64,000 nt of DNA from contig JBBTCT010000014.1 of assembly GCA_038060895.1 (NCBI GenBank), forward strand, positions 28,549-92,548, written 5' to 3'. This stretch comes from Planctomycetota bacterium (GTDB taxonomy: Bacteria > Planctomycetota > MHYJ01 > WSZJ01). The notes beneath the pieces are model-generated. The model saw nothing but the letters and a program-made list of their open reading frames with translations, was not told the origin of the DNA and did no database searches. Shown here one piece after another: positions 28,383-37,979 of the stretch; positions within the stretch are counted from its first letter, which is position 1; each line of letters opens with the position of its first letter. A program made the translations under genes and the position numbers.

Positions 28383-28957
28383 TTCTTCACCTCCGCCTGG
28401 AGGCGAGCCACAACATCCGCGAGGGGCTCTTCTTTCGAATTTGGAGCCTCTGCGCCAACCAGGTTCCCGTTCGCGTCGAGAGTCATGAACGCGGCGTGCT
28501 CAAAATCACGGCGCGCCTGGTCCGCCCCGCTTGAGTCGGTCCGGATGACCCACCGGCCCTGGACGGCGCCGACGACTGCGGAGAATTTGGCGGTTGTGAT
28601 CTCCCTGGTGAGGCAAAGGAGGAGGCGTTCATCTTTCTGGAAGAGCGGGACGCCCGGGGCGGTCATCGTGCGATTCCCGATGGTGCCGCCGAATGCGTGA
28701 AGAGTCAGGAGGGCGCCGGGCTGATCCGGTCCCTTGATCGACTGATCGACGCGGAAGGTCGCAACGGTATAGATCGACTGGACGCCGTCGCCGTCGGGAT
28801 CAAGCCACTGGGCCTGTGCGGTCAGAACGGTGCCCGTTACAACGCGTTCGCTCTCCTGCACGATCCGCGCTTCGGAGATGACAAGCAACGTCAAGGACTG
28901 GGCAGAAATTGAGGCGGCCGCAACGAGCGCCGCGGTCCATAGGGCCTTTCGTCTCAT
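28379..28957 (-). CDS. Secreted hypothetical protein, translationally coupled to matrixin
   Basis: Signal peptide, IV..SE.VV.G.V, IYT...F.V...IKG and GGTIG....APGVP.F motifs. ATGA overlap with matrixin. Confidence 0.7.
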   Translation of the reverse strand: MRRKALWTAALVAAASISAQSLTLLVISEARIVQESERVVTGTVLTAQAQWLDPDGDGVQSIYTVATFRVDQSIKGPDQPGALLTLHAFGGTIGNRTMTAPGVPLFQKDERLLLCLTREITTAKFSAVVGAVQGRWVIRTDSSGADQARRDFEHAAFMTLDANGNLVGAEAPNSKEEPLADVVARLQAEVKK

Positions 28958-29039
28958 CGTCGATCTCCTGTCGCTTTCGGGTTCCAGGGCTGGCGGCGGC
29001 GATGCGTCCGCTCTTTGACACGCGCGGGGCAGGACCGCT

Positions 29040-29056
29040 TGCAAAGCGTCTGCCAA
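29040..29056 (-). promoter_or_regulatory. Sigma54 (-24/-12) promoter
   Basis: Minus strand TTGGCAGACGCTTTGCA has GG-N10-GC spacing and sits about 80 nt upstream of ATG 28957. Confidence 0.65.
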
Positions 29057-29192
29057 CATAAAGTGTGTAAAGTGGATGAAATCGGGGTTTTGGCCGTGCA
29101 TGACTGCACGAATCATGAGTAAAGAGTACAACATGGTTTCATGTGTAAATCCTTCTGAACACCCGTTCAAATTCATCACCAGTGCGCGCCGG

Positions 29193-30428
29193 CTACCACC
29201 ACCTCCGCGCGTCGTACTTCCCGGTCAAGAGTCGCTCCACCGCCTGACCCAGGATCTGCCGCCCCCAGCGAAACTTCGCGTACAGCCGCACGAACATCAC
29301 GACTTCCCCGATCACCTGCATTCGCTCCGTCCATCCCAGCCGCCGAAGTGCCGCCCAGAAATCCGCTTCGTGCGGACGCCCGAACGCGATCTGAAGCGGG
29401 TTCCACTGGTCGCTGCAGTGGCGGACTTCACTTTCGATGAAGCGGCGATAGACGCGCTGCGAGGGCTCGCCGTGAAACGCCGCTTCTGCGATCGCCTCGC
29501 CGCAGATGGCGCCTGAATGCAGCGCCGCCGACATTCCTTCCGCCATCATGTTCAGGAACCCCGCCGCCTGCCCGGTGATCAGCACGCGGCCCTTTCCAAA
29601 CACGTACCGGTTGATGAGCGACAGACCGAAATTCTCGCCGCACGCCTCGGAGTCCTGCGCCGGCCCGAGCTCGACCCCGTGGCGCCGCCCGATGTACTTC
29701 ACGACGTTGGCGTGCGCCTTGTCGAAGTTGTGCCCCGCGTCGAAGCCGACGCCCACGATCTGCCGCCCGTCCCGCGCGTGGCTCCAGGTGTAGTGGCCGA
29801 GTCCCGGGTGAAACCAGAAGTGGAAGTACTGCCGGTCCAGCGGGCACTTCACGATGTCGTGGAATTTCTGCCCGACGAGAAACCACGGGATCGCGTTCTG
29901 GTAGTTCGGGTAGACAGCCTTCACCACGAGCGACGTCGGCCCGTCCGCTCCCACGACCCACCTCGCCCGGATCGTCTCAGGCCGCCCGCGCCGGATCACG
30001 CGCACGTCCACATGCTGCGCAGCCGACTCCAGCTCAGTGAACGCCGTCTCGTCCTCCACCACCGCACCGCTTCGCTGGATCGCCCAGTAGTCCGAATTCT
30101 TGCGGTACAGGTGCGGCGTCGGCCCTCCGAAGAAGTCAATATCGATGGAGGGCGCCTTGGGAAAGTGAAACGTGACCCCGCGGCACGAGGTTGGCTCGTG
30201 AAGGATCTCGCGAGGAAGAGGCCCGAAATTCTCGAGCAGGAACCGGTGGCCGCGCGGAGACAGGATTCCGCTGCAGATCTTGTGGCGCGGGAGTTTCTTG
30301 CGCTCGATGACGAGCGTCTGGAGCCCTGCGTCCACGAGGCGTTTGGCGCACGCTGCGGCCGACAGCGAAGCGCCGACAATGAGGACGTCGACGGAGCGGG
30401 AGGGAGTGCCGATGGCGGGGGCGATCAT
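29193..30428 (-). CDS. Geranylgeranyl-reductase-like FAD-dependent oxidoreductase
   Basis: DVLIVGA, ERKKLPRHKICSG, VVGADGPTS.V and G.AAGF....AEG...A..SG. Confidence 0.8.
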   Translation of the reverse strand: MIAPAIGTPSRSVDVLIVGASLSAAACAKRLVDAGLQTLVIERKKLPRHKICSGILSPRGHRFLLENFGPLPREILHEPTSCRGVTFHFPKAPSIDIDFFGGPTPHLYRKNSDYWAIQRSGAVVEDETAFTELESAAQHVDVRVIRRGRPETIRARWVVGADGPTSLVVKAVYPNYQNAIPWFLVGQKFHDIVKCPLDRQYFHFWFHPGLGHYTWSHARDGRQIVGVGFDAGHNFDKAHANVVKYIGRRHGVELGPAQDSEACGENFGLSLINRYVFGKGRVLITGQAAGFLNMMAEGMSAALHSGAICGEAIAEAAFHGEPSQRVYRRFIESEVRHCSDQWNPLQIAFGRPHEADFWAALRRLGWTERMQVIGEVVMFVRLYAKFRWGRQILGQAVERLLTGKYDARRWW

Positions 30429-30493
30429 GCGGGCGGCGCATCGTAGCGCGGCGCGGGCAGGGCGGTGAAGGGGCGCGACGGTAATATGACGGA

Positions 30494-32257
30494 ATGACCG
30501 GAGCCTCTCCCACCCTGCTGCTGTCCATCCTCCTGGACATCGTGACGCTAGCGGACGGACGGCGCTTCGAGGGAACCGTCCTGTCGGACGATGGATCCAC
30601 GCTGGTGCTCCGTCGCCGCCACGACGAATTCCACATGGACCGGCGCAACGTCGCAAAAGTGGAGAAGGCGCCTCTCTCATGGGAGGAGTACGCCGCGAAG
30701 GCCGCGGCCCTCAAGCCGGACACCGCGGCGGGGGAGCATGCGGCTCTGGCGAAGTGGTGCCGGGAACGGAAACTGATCGACGAGGCGCGGGCGCAGTGGG
30801 AAGCCGTGCTGGCGAAGGCTCCGGAGAATGCTGAAGCTCGGGCGGCGTTGAACTGGCGGAAGGTGGACGGTAAGTGGGTACGTGACCTGGCGCTGTGGGC
30901 AGCGGACTGGGTGAAGGCGGACGCTTCGCTCGGGTCGCCGCCCGTCGCGCCGCCGGATGAGCTGGAGCGGCGGAGCAAGCACCGTGCGGACGCCGGGGAC
31001 TGGCTGCGCGCCTCGGGGGAGCAGCGGCAGGCGGAACTCCTCGCTCAATTGACGCAGTGCGTCATGCAGGGTGACGCCGCCGCCCGCCACGAGGCCGCCG
31101 CCGCGCTCAAGGCCTCCGGCGTCCCGCTCGCCGCCCTCGAGGTCCTCGCGCACCGTCTCGACTTCAGCGACCCCGCCGCCGCCCCCGACTCGATCGAGTT
31201 CGCGTGGAACGAAGCCGGCGACCGCGCTCCCTGCTTCCTCGCCCTCCCCGACCGCAGGCGCTTCCCCGGCCCACGCCCCGTCCTCGTCTCCATGCACGTC
31301 ACGTCCGGCCCGGCCCGCAACCGTCGCGACCGCTTCGCCGTCCTCGCGCGCGAGTCCGGCTGGATCATCGCGGCGCCGCACTCGGAACCGAATTTCGGGA
31401 AGGGGTGGGGTTCGACGGAAGCGGAGCGGCGCGTGACGCTTGCGGCGCTCGACGCGGTGCTGCGGCGCTGCCCAGCGGATCCGGACCGCGCGTTCATCAA
31501 CGGCTCGTCAATGGGAGGAAACGGAGCGTGGGAAATCGCCATGCTCCATCCCGACCGCTGGGCCGGCGCCGCCCCGTGGATCAGCGGCGCGCGCGTCCGC
31601 ACCATGCCGTTCCTCGCGAATCTCAGAGGCCTCCCCCTGCAGGCCCGCGTCGGCGCTCTCGAGGACGGACTCATGCTCGAGGCGACGCGGGAAGCGGCCG
31701 CATTTCTGCGCGAGGGCCTCGGTTCGCCGGCGGCGCTCGAGGAGGAGCCGGACTGGGGGCACATGGACAAGGACGAAACGTGGATCGCGGCGTTCGCGGA
31801 GTGGGCCGCGCCGATCCGCCGCAACGTCTACTCCCCCGCGATCGTCCAGCGCTTCGTCACGGTCGCGCAGTCGCGCCACCATTGGCTCGCGGCCGAAACC
31901 CTGCGCGGCCCCGCCCCGGTCGATCCGACCCGCGGCGACATCCCCGTCAGTGCGACCGGCACCGAAGCCGAACGCCGCCGCGAATACGTCAAGAAGGGCC
32001 GGGACGGCACGGCCCTGCTCACGGGGCGCGTCGCGGGACAGAAAATTTCCATCGAAGCGAGAAAGGTCGGCCGGCTCACGGTGTGGTTCTCGGACAACCT
32101 GGTGGACCTCGACCGCGACGTCATCGTCGAGATCAACGGGAAGCGTGCTTTTTCCGGAAAGATCGAGCGCCGCTTCGAGGATTTCATCGATGAAATCGCC
32201 GCGAGCGGAGACGCGGGTCGGATCTACGTCGCGCGGAAGAGTTTCGAAGTGAAATAA
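30494..32257 (+). CDS. Alpha/beta-hydrolase domain protein
   Basis: N-terminal DIV.L.DGR..EG domain and EAR.AL....DGKW, DPDR.FINGSSMGG elbow, and C-terminal VDLD..V....NG. Confidence 0.75.
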   Translation: MTGASPTLLLSILLDIVTLADGRRFEGTVLSDDGSTLVLRRRHDEFHMDRRNVAKVEKAPLSWEEYAAKAAALKPDTAAGEHAALAKWCRERKLIDEARAQWEAVLAKAPENAEARAALNWRKVDGKWVRDLALWAADWVKADASLGSPPVAPPDELERRSKHRADAGDWLRASGEQRQAELLAQLTQCVMQGDAAARHEAAAALKASGVPLAALEVLAHRLDFSDPAAAPDSIEFAWNEAGDRAPCFLALPDRRRFPGPRPVLVSMHVTSGPARNRRDRFAVLARESGWIIAAPHSEPNFGKGWGSTEAERRVTLAALDAVLRRCPADPDRAFINGSSMGGNGAWEIAMLHPDRWAGAAPWISGARVRTMPFLANLRGLPLQARVGALEDGLMLEATREAAAFLREGLGSPAALEEEPDWGHMDKDETWIAAFAEWAAPIRRNVYSPAIVQRFVTVAQSRHHWLAAETLRGPAPVDPTRGDIPVSATGTEAERRREYVKKGRDGTALLTGRVAGQKISIEARKVGRLTVWFSDNLVDLDRDVIVEINGKRAFSGKIERRFEDFIDEIAASGDAGRIYVARKSFEVK

Positions 32258-32259
32258 CT

Positions 32260-33258
32260 TCAGCTCCGGGAGGCCAGCGCCGCGACGTGCACGACTTCCA
32301 CGTCCCGCTCCCGCCGGATGGCTTCGCCGTCCTCGAGGTTTTCGACCACCACGCGTTTGGGGTGGCGTCCCTCGAGGATCCACTTCACCTGCTCGGCAAT
32401 CCGCACCGGGCCGCTTCCGAAGCGGGCGTTCAGGGCGGTGGCCGAGGTGGGAACCGCGAGGCGCTGGAGGTCGAGATTCATCTCGCAGCCGGTTTCGTGA
32501 CGCAGCGCGTCATAGACCAGGACGAGGCGTTCGCGGTCGGCGTGATAGGCGCGCGCTTCGAGGACGTAGAGGTCCGTCGGGCGCAGCGCCCGGCGGATTT
32601 CCGTGAGTGCGATGCACGCCTCGCCGAGCGGACGGACTGGCGTGCCGGGGAGCCACTTCTTGATGAAAGCGTTCATGAATCCCTCGGTCGTGACGACACG
32701 CATAGCGCCGCGGAGCCCGGCTAGAAACTGTTCCAGTCGCTCCGGCGACGGGGAGAGCCCCGCTTCCAGCGCCGTCGCGATGTCGCGCCCCGGGTCGGCG
32801 GCGACCACGACGTGGGAGGGGCCGCCGAGGCGCAGGATGGCGGAGGCGAGGAGGGCGGGGTCGGCGAGGAGGCGCTCTTCGGCGAGGAGGACGGTCTTCA
32901 GGTGAGTCGAGGGGCGCGATGCGGGGCGGGGCGGCGCCAGGAACCCCGAGGCGAGTGGGACGAGAGGCGAGGTCCCCGCGGCGGCGAGTTCCGCGCGGAG
33001 CGACAGCGTCAACGAGACGAGGTCGATCCGCTCGGGGCACGCAGGGACGCACGAGCCGCACATCGTGCAGGCGGCGATCGATTCGACCAGGTCGGCCGCG
33101 CGCGCGCCTCCCTGAAGCGCGGTGGCCCGGCCCTTGGGAGTGAGTCGCAGGTCGTGCGTCTGCTGCCAGACGGGGCACGCGAGCGCGCAGATGTCGCAGC
33201 CGCTGCAGGCGGCGAACGTCGCGGGCGCAGGGATTTTTTGGAAGTGAGCGAAGGACAT
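32260..33258 (-). CDS. 4Fe-4S dicluster (Fe-S)-binding protein (GlcF-like N-terminus)
   Basis: CSGCDICALACP, PKGR and CTMCGSCVPACP. Confidence 0.8.
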   Translation of the reverse strand: MSFAHFQKIPAPATFAACSGCDICALACPVWQQTHDLRLTPKGRATALQGGARAADLVESIAACTMCGSCVPACPERIDLVSLTLSLRAELAAAGTSPLVPLASGFLAPPRPASRPSTHLKTVLLAEERLLADPALLASAILRLGGPSHVVVAADPGRDIATALEAGLSPSPERLEQFLAGLRGAMRVVTTEGFMNAFIKKWLPGTPVRPLGEACIALTEIRRALRPTDLYVLEARAYHADRERLVLVYDALRHETGCEMNLDLQRLAVPTSATALNARFGSGPVRIAEQVKWILEGRHPKRVVVENLEDGEAIRRERDVEVVHVAALASRS

Positions 33259-33300
33259 CAAGTGGGGCCTTCCGTCAGGGTGTAGCGGTTGGGAAGAGGG

Positions 33301-33368
33301 GGTAGTTGGTAGGAGGTAGTGGGTAGGAGGTAGACAAGGCCCTTTCTACCTCCTACCCCCTACCTACT
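33301..33368. repeat. Heptamer (GGTAGGA-like) inverted repeat hairpin
   Basis: ggtaggaggtagtgggtaggaggtag pairs with ctacctcctaccccctacctac. Confidence 0.7.
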
Positions 33369-33410
33369 GCCGTTGGCCTGCGAGCCGCAGGACTTAAACC
33401 AGTCGCTTCC

Positions 33411-35030
33411 TTAGAACACGACGTCCGGGTTCAACACCATCCCCGGGTCCGCCGCCCGTTTCATCGCCAGGTGCCGGTCCACGACTTCGTCGCCGAACAT
33501 CCGCCGGATGTACCCCTTCATCGCGCCGCCAAACCGGTAGTAACTCCCGCCGAACTTCAGCCCGACGTCGTAGATCGCGTTCTTGAAGCTCTGCAGGTAG
33601 TCGCGGCTGAATTCGCCCGCCTTGAACATCGGCTCGAATTCGCAGCCGTACCCCCAGCCTTCCGCGTCGGGGGGCATGCACGAGAGCTCGTAGCGCTCGC
33701 GCTTGCCGAAGACGCGGATCGCGACGCAGTACAGGGTGTACGCCGTGAAGTACTTGCGCATGACCTTGTTCCCTTCGAGCACCGCGTCCGCGAACTTCTC
33801 CGCGCTGGTCGCGAGGTCGGGGATGACCATCGTGCGGTTTCCCCAGTGGCGCCAGACGGCGCGCGAAAAAACGACGGTGCGGTCGAGCATCCTGCCGTCG
33901 CGCAGGTGCTCGGGGCGCTCGAATTCGGGGAGGAGAAGTTTCTTGCGCCGGTACAGCCAGAGCGCTTCAGGGAGCTGCCAGGGGCGAAGCGCGTAATGCA
34001 TCGCGGTGCGAAGCGCGAACTGCGTCTCGGTGAGGCCGCGCAATTTCGGGCGGACGTTCGCGAAGAAGGCGCGCTCGCGGTCGTCGTCGTCGAATGCAAA
34101 GAGAAGGTTGTTGGCGCGGTCCTTCATCGTGAGGATGCCGCTGTAGTCGGTCGCGTCGCTGCGGACGACGAGCTGCAGGTCGTCGATGGCGCGGCGGAGG
34201 TCGTCGTAAAAGAGGTAGTGCATGCGGCACGGCGTGTACGCCCGGATGCGCATCGTGGCCTCGGTGACGACGCCGAACTGGCCGTAGCCGAGGAGGACGC
34301 GCTCGAAGAGCTGCGGGTTTTCCGTCTCGGAGCACTCGACGATGTCGCCGGTCGGGGTCACGACTTCCATCGCGACGCACTGGTCCGCGCTGCACCCCCA
34401 CTTGCACGCGTTGACGTCGATGCCGCCGACGGCGATGGTGCCGCCGACGCTCGAAGTAAAATTGAGCGGTGCACTGACGTAGTCAAGTCCCTGGCGGCGG
34501 AGGACTTCGGCCATCGAGTGCCAGAAAATCCCGGCCTCGACGCGCGCCAGCATCCGGTCGCGGTCGACGTGCTTCACTTTGCTCATTCCCGTCATATCGA
34601 GCGCCAGCCCGCCGAAGGCGACCGTCTCGCCCTCGGTCGTGAGACCTCCTCCGCGCGTGGTGACGGGAACGCGGAAGCGCTGGGCGGCTTTCATGACGGC
34701 GGCGACGTGAACCGCCGATCGCCCGGTGACGACGCCGTGCGGCGCCCCGAGCGCCAGTCCGCCCGCGTCCGTCACGAAGGCCGCCTTCGTTCCCCGGTCC
34801 TCGCGCACTTCGACTCCCGCGGAGCGCAACTCCGCCGTGAACGCGCCCCAGTTCTCCCCGGACCAGCGCGAAGGATTCGTCTGCTGGCGCGGAATGCCGA
34901 AGAGCGCTTCGGCCCCGACCGGGTCAGGCGGGATCACGCCGCGGGCGGGCGGTTCGACGGCGAACGCTCCGCCACCGTCGCGGTGGGCGGTGGCGCCGGA
35001 AGAGCGGGCCTTGGAGGGGTCGAAGAGCAT
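33411..35030 (-). CDS. FAD-binding (VAO/PCMH-type) oxidoreductase
   Basis: VTTRGGG, VEAG..W, SVGGTIAVGG, EVVTPTG.IV.CS..ENP.LF...L.GYGQFGVVT and terminal DPGMVLNP. Confidence 0.85.
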   Translation of the reverse strand: MLFDPSKARSSGATAHRDGGGAFAVEPPARGVIPPDPVGAEALFGIPRQQTNPSRWSGENWGAFTAELRSAGVEVREDRGTKAAFVTDAGGLALGAPHGVVTGRSAVHVAAVMKAAQRFRVPVTTRGGGLTTEGETVAFGGLALDMTGMSKVKHVDRDRMLARVEAGIFWHSMAEVLRRQGLDYVSAPLNFTSSVGGTIAVGGIDVNACKWGCSADQCVAMEVVTPTGDIVECSETENPQLFERVLLGYGQFGVVTEATMRIRAYTPCRMHYLFYDDLRRAIDDLQLVVRSDATDYSGILTMKDRANNLLFAFDDDDRERAFFANVRPKLRGLTETQFALRTAMHYALRPWQLPEALWLYRRKKLLLPEFERPEHLRDGRMLDRTVVFSRAVWRHWGNRTMVIPDLATSAEKFADAVLEGNKVMRKYFTAYTLYCVAIRVFGKRERYELSCMPPDAEGWGYGCEFEPMFKAGEFSRDYLQSFKNAIYDVGLKFGGSYYRFGGAMKGYIRRMFGDEVVDRHLAMKRAADPGMVLNPDVVF

Positions 35031-35091
35031 TCGAGCCCGGCATTACAGCAGGGAAGCGAGAGCGGGGGCAAGGGCGGGGGCGGATACAGAC

Positions 35092-36039
35092 CTACGCCGC
35101 ACTCCCCATCTCCCTCGGTCTCACCGCGACCGTCACCCGGCGTTCTTCCCGCAGCAGCTCCACCGTCGTCTCCGCGCCGATGGCGTCATGCCCGAGGAAG
35201 CGATGCAGGTCGGGGACCGACTGCACCGCCTTCCCGCCCGCGCCGACGAGGATGTCGCCGGGACGGATGCCGGCGGTGGCCGCGGGCGAGCCTGGCGCAA
35301 CTTCGCGGATGGCGACGCCGCGGGTCGCAGCGACGCCTGCGGCCCTCGCGAGCCGCGCGGGCACGAGGATCTCCTGCGCGGAAATGCCAAGCCAGGCGCG
35401 GCGGACGCGCCCGTGCGCGAGAATCTCCGACAGCACGAACGTCGCCGTGTTCGACGGCACCGCGAACCCCAGCCCCTGCGCCGGGAAAACGACCGCCGAA
35501 TTGATGCCCACGACTTTCCCTTCCGCATCGACGAGCGGCCCGCCGCTGTTGCCCGGGTTGATCGGTGCGTCCGTCTGCACGACGCCCTCAATCACTCGCC
35601 CCGTCCGCCCGCCCGGAAGCGTCCGGCCCAGAGCGCTGACGATCCCGCACGTCACCGTGCGGTCCAACCCCAGCGGGGAGCCGAGCGCGAGCACCAGGTG
35701 GCCCACGCGAAGCGCATTCGAGTCGCCCAGCCCGGCGTGCGGGAGGCCGGAAGCGGCGAGGCGCAGCACCGCGAGGTCCGTCGCCGGGTCGTCTCCCACG
35801 ATGTCCGCGAGGATCGTACGGCCGTCCGCAAGCGTCGCTTCGACCGCGGTCGCGCCGTGCACGACGTGCGAGTTGGTGAGCGCATAACCGTCGGGCGCGA
35901 CGATGACAGAGGAGCCGGAAGCGACCCCGGGACGCTTCTCCATCAGCGCCTTGACGTGGAGAACCGCGGGCGCGACGCGGTCGACGACCGCGGCAATCTG
36001 GTCGGAGAAATCTCGAAGGGGAATCATCGCGGGCTCCAT
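35092..36039 (-). CDS. S1C/HtrA-like serine protease with PDZ domain
   Basis: TNSHVV, TDLAVL, QTDAPINPGNSGGPL and PDZ GSPA..AGI.PGDIL. No signal peptide is evident. Start is 36039 or 36027. Confidence 0.92.
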   Translation of the reverse strand: MEPAMIPLRDFSDQIAAVVDRVAPAVLHVKALMEKRPGVASGSSVIVAPDGYALTNSHVVHGATAVEATLADGRTILADIVGDDPATDLAVLRLAASGLPHAGLGDSNALRVGHLVLALGSPLGLDRTVTCGIVSALGRTLPGGRTGRVIEGVVQTDAPINPGNSGGPLVDAEGKVVGINSAVVFPAQGLGFAVPSNTATFVLSEILAHGRVRRAWLGISAQEILVPARLARAAGVAATRGVAIREVAPGSPAATAGIRPGDILVGAGGKAVQSVPDLHRFLGHDAIGAETTVELLREERRVTVAVRPREMGSAA

Positions 36040-36127
36040 GAGTGGAGATTGAAATGCGGACTTACCTAACTGCCGGCACCGCCCTCCGTATTCCAACGAT
36101 TGACGCCCCCGCGCGTAAGATCGGTCC

Positions 36128-36685
36128 ATGGCCGACCGCGATCTCGTCCACCGTTGCCTCCGCCGCGAGCCCGGCGCGTGGGAGGAATTCGTGGCGACGT
36201 TTCGCGAAGCGCTGGCCGGTGCGGCGGGCGCGGCGCTCAAGCGGGCCACCGGCGCGGCCCGCGAGGAGGACGTCGAGTCGGCGGTGCAGTCCGCGCTCGT
36301 CGCCCTCCTGGACAAGGACAGCGCCGCGCTTCGCTCCTGGCAGGGACGCGCCTCGCTCGCGACGTACCTCCGCGTCATCGCGACCCGGGTCACGCTGAAT
36401 TCGGTGCGGACGGAGTTGCGTCGAGGTTCGCTTCGTTTCCGGCCCTTGGACGATGCGGGCGACCCGGAAGCGCCGCCGGTGGCGGAGCCGGCGGACACTT
36501 CGGGAGTGCGAGCGGCCATGGACCAGCTATCCGTGCGCGACCGGCTGATGCTGAAGTTGTTTCACCTCGACGGCGCAACGTACCGGCAGATTGCGTCGGT
36601 GCTGGGGATCCCGCTCAACGCGGTGTCACCCGCGATTTCGCGGGCGCGCGAAAAATTGCGCGTACTTTTTCCGAAGGGCCGGTGA
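36128..36685 (+). CDS. ECF RNA polymerase sigma factor
   Basis: AWEEFV, LRSWQGRASLATYLRVIA and sigma4 DR..L.L....G.TY.QIA.VLGIP...V...ISRAR.KL. Confidence 0.88.
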   Translation: MADRDLVHRCLRREPGAWEEFVATFREALAGAAGAALKRATGAAREEDVESAVQSALVALLDKDSAALRSWQGRASLATYLRVIATRVTLNSVRTELRRGSLRFRPLDDAGDPEAPPVAEPADTSGVRAAMDQLSVRDRLMLKLFHLDGATYRQIASVLGIPLNAVSPAISRAREKLRVLFPKGR

Positions 36686-36694
36686 CTAAGGGGC

Positions 36695-37978
36695 ATGGCC
36701 TGCCCGGACCCGGAAACGATGGCGCAATACGTGGAGGGGAGCCTGCCCGAATTCGGGCGGGAGGCGCTGCTGGAGCACCTGGGTGGCTGCGACGGGTGCC
36801 GCGAAATGGTGCTGGTGCTCACGGTCGAAAAGCGCGCTACCGAGCGACGTATCCCATTGCGGCGCAAGAGGTTTGCGTGGGGAGGCTGGGTAGCTGCCGC
36901 GGCGGTTCTGGCCACCGCCTTCGTCGTCTGGAAGGCTCTCCCGGCCAGGCAGCCCTCCCGGGTTCCGGGTGAAAGCCAGCTCACGAAAGCACCCGATCCC
37001 GTAGAGCCGTCAAACGCAAGACCGCCGGCCGATGCTGGACCCGTTGTCGTCAAGCCGCCGCCGCCGGTGGATCCGGGACCCAGGCCGCCCGTCGATCCCG
37101 CCCCGAAGCCTCCCGTCGATCCCCCGCCGCCCGTCGACCCCGGCCCGAAACCGCCGGTCGATCCCGGGACGAATCCACCGCTTCCACCGACCCGCGCACT
37201 CGCCGCCCTCCGCCTTCTCGACATTCAGGGCCGGCTCGTTGCGGAAGGAAAGCCGGTTGCTGAAGGGGCGGCCGTGACGGGGACGCTGACGGCGCCGGAG
37301 GGCGCGGGTTTTCATGTCGATGGTCACCTTGTTGCCATGGCGACGGGCGTCTCCCTGACCCTTTCGCGCGACGGCGATGTGCTGGTGTTCGAGGCGAGGA
37401 AGGGCGAGGTGTTCGTCCAGCCGCGCGGCGAGTTCACGATACGGGCAGCCGGGAGGGACCTCGCGCTCACAGGCGCGGGGATCGTGACGGAGAAAGGTCC
37501 CTTGCCGTTCAAGGACAAGCCCGCAGCCGACAAGGCGCGGGCGAAGTTCGCCAAGTGGCTGCCGGCGCGGCGCACGATCCTGTTCGAGGATTTCGCGGCG
37601 ATCGCCGACGGCTTCGAGCGCAGTACCGCGCAGGGCGGGCCGATCTTCGGCGCACGCGTCATGCTGCCGGAGCCGGCGGACTGGTCGAGAAAACTCGCGA
37701 TCCGCATCCGGGTCCGCTCCGCGGCGCGCACCGTGCAGGTCGGGGTGCTCTTCCGCGACCGGGTGGCCCCTTGGGCCGCGATGGCGACGACCGCCGGCGA
37801 CGACTGGCGCGAAATCACCGTCCGCGCTTCCGACTTCTCCGCCGGACCGACCGGCGCGGCCGCCCCCGCCGAGGGCGACGACATCGCCGGCCTCACGTTC
37901 TCGATCAACACCCAGGAGCCCGGCACGTCCGGCGCTTCCCTGGACCTCGACGACCTCGCCATCTCCCTGGAGGAATAG
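36695..37978 (+). CDS. ZAS (zf-HC2) anti-sigma factor with TM, Pro-rich stalk and extracytoplasmic domains
   Basis: C..E.....HLGGCDGC, TM WVAAAAVLATAFVVW, (PPVDP)x5 repeats, and a C-terminal jelly-roll-like W.EITV..SDF...LDDL. Confidence 0.8.
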   Translation: MACPDPETMAQYVEGSLPEFGREALLEHLGGCDGCREMVLVLTVEKRATERRIPLRRKRFAWGGWVAAAAVLATAFVVWKALPARQPSRVPGESQLTKAPDPVEPSNARPPADAGPVVVKPPPPVDPGPRPPVDPAPKPPVDPPPPVDPGPKPPVDPGTNPPLPPTRALAALRLLDIQGRLVAEGKPVAEGAAVTGTLTAPEGAGFHVDGHLVAMATGVSLTLSRDGDVLVFEARKGEVFVQPRGEFTIRAAGRDLALTGAGIVTEKGPLPFKDKPAADKARAKFAKWLPARRTILFEDFAAIADGFERSTAQGGPIFGARVMLPEPADWSRKLAIRIRVRSAARTVQVGVLFRDRVAPWAAMATTAGDDWREITVRASDFSAGPTGAAAPAEGDDIAGLTFSINTQEPGTSGASLDLDDLAISLEE

Positions 37979-37979
37979 C

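Noticed and set aside
33471-35504. Long antisense and alternate-frame ORFs (e.g. 33471-35504, 44232-46148, 6181-7827, 20850-22469)
   Set aside because: They are Arg/Pro-rich shadows of well-supported genes, as expected in high-GC DNA.
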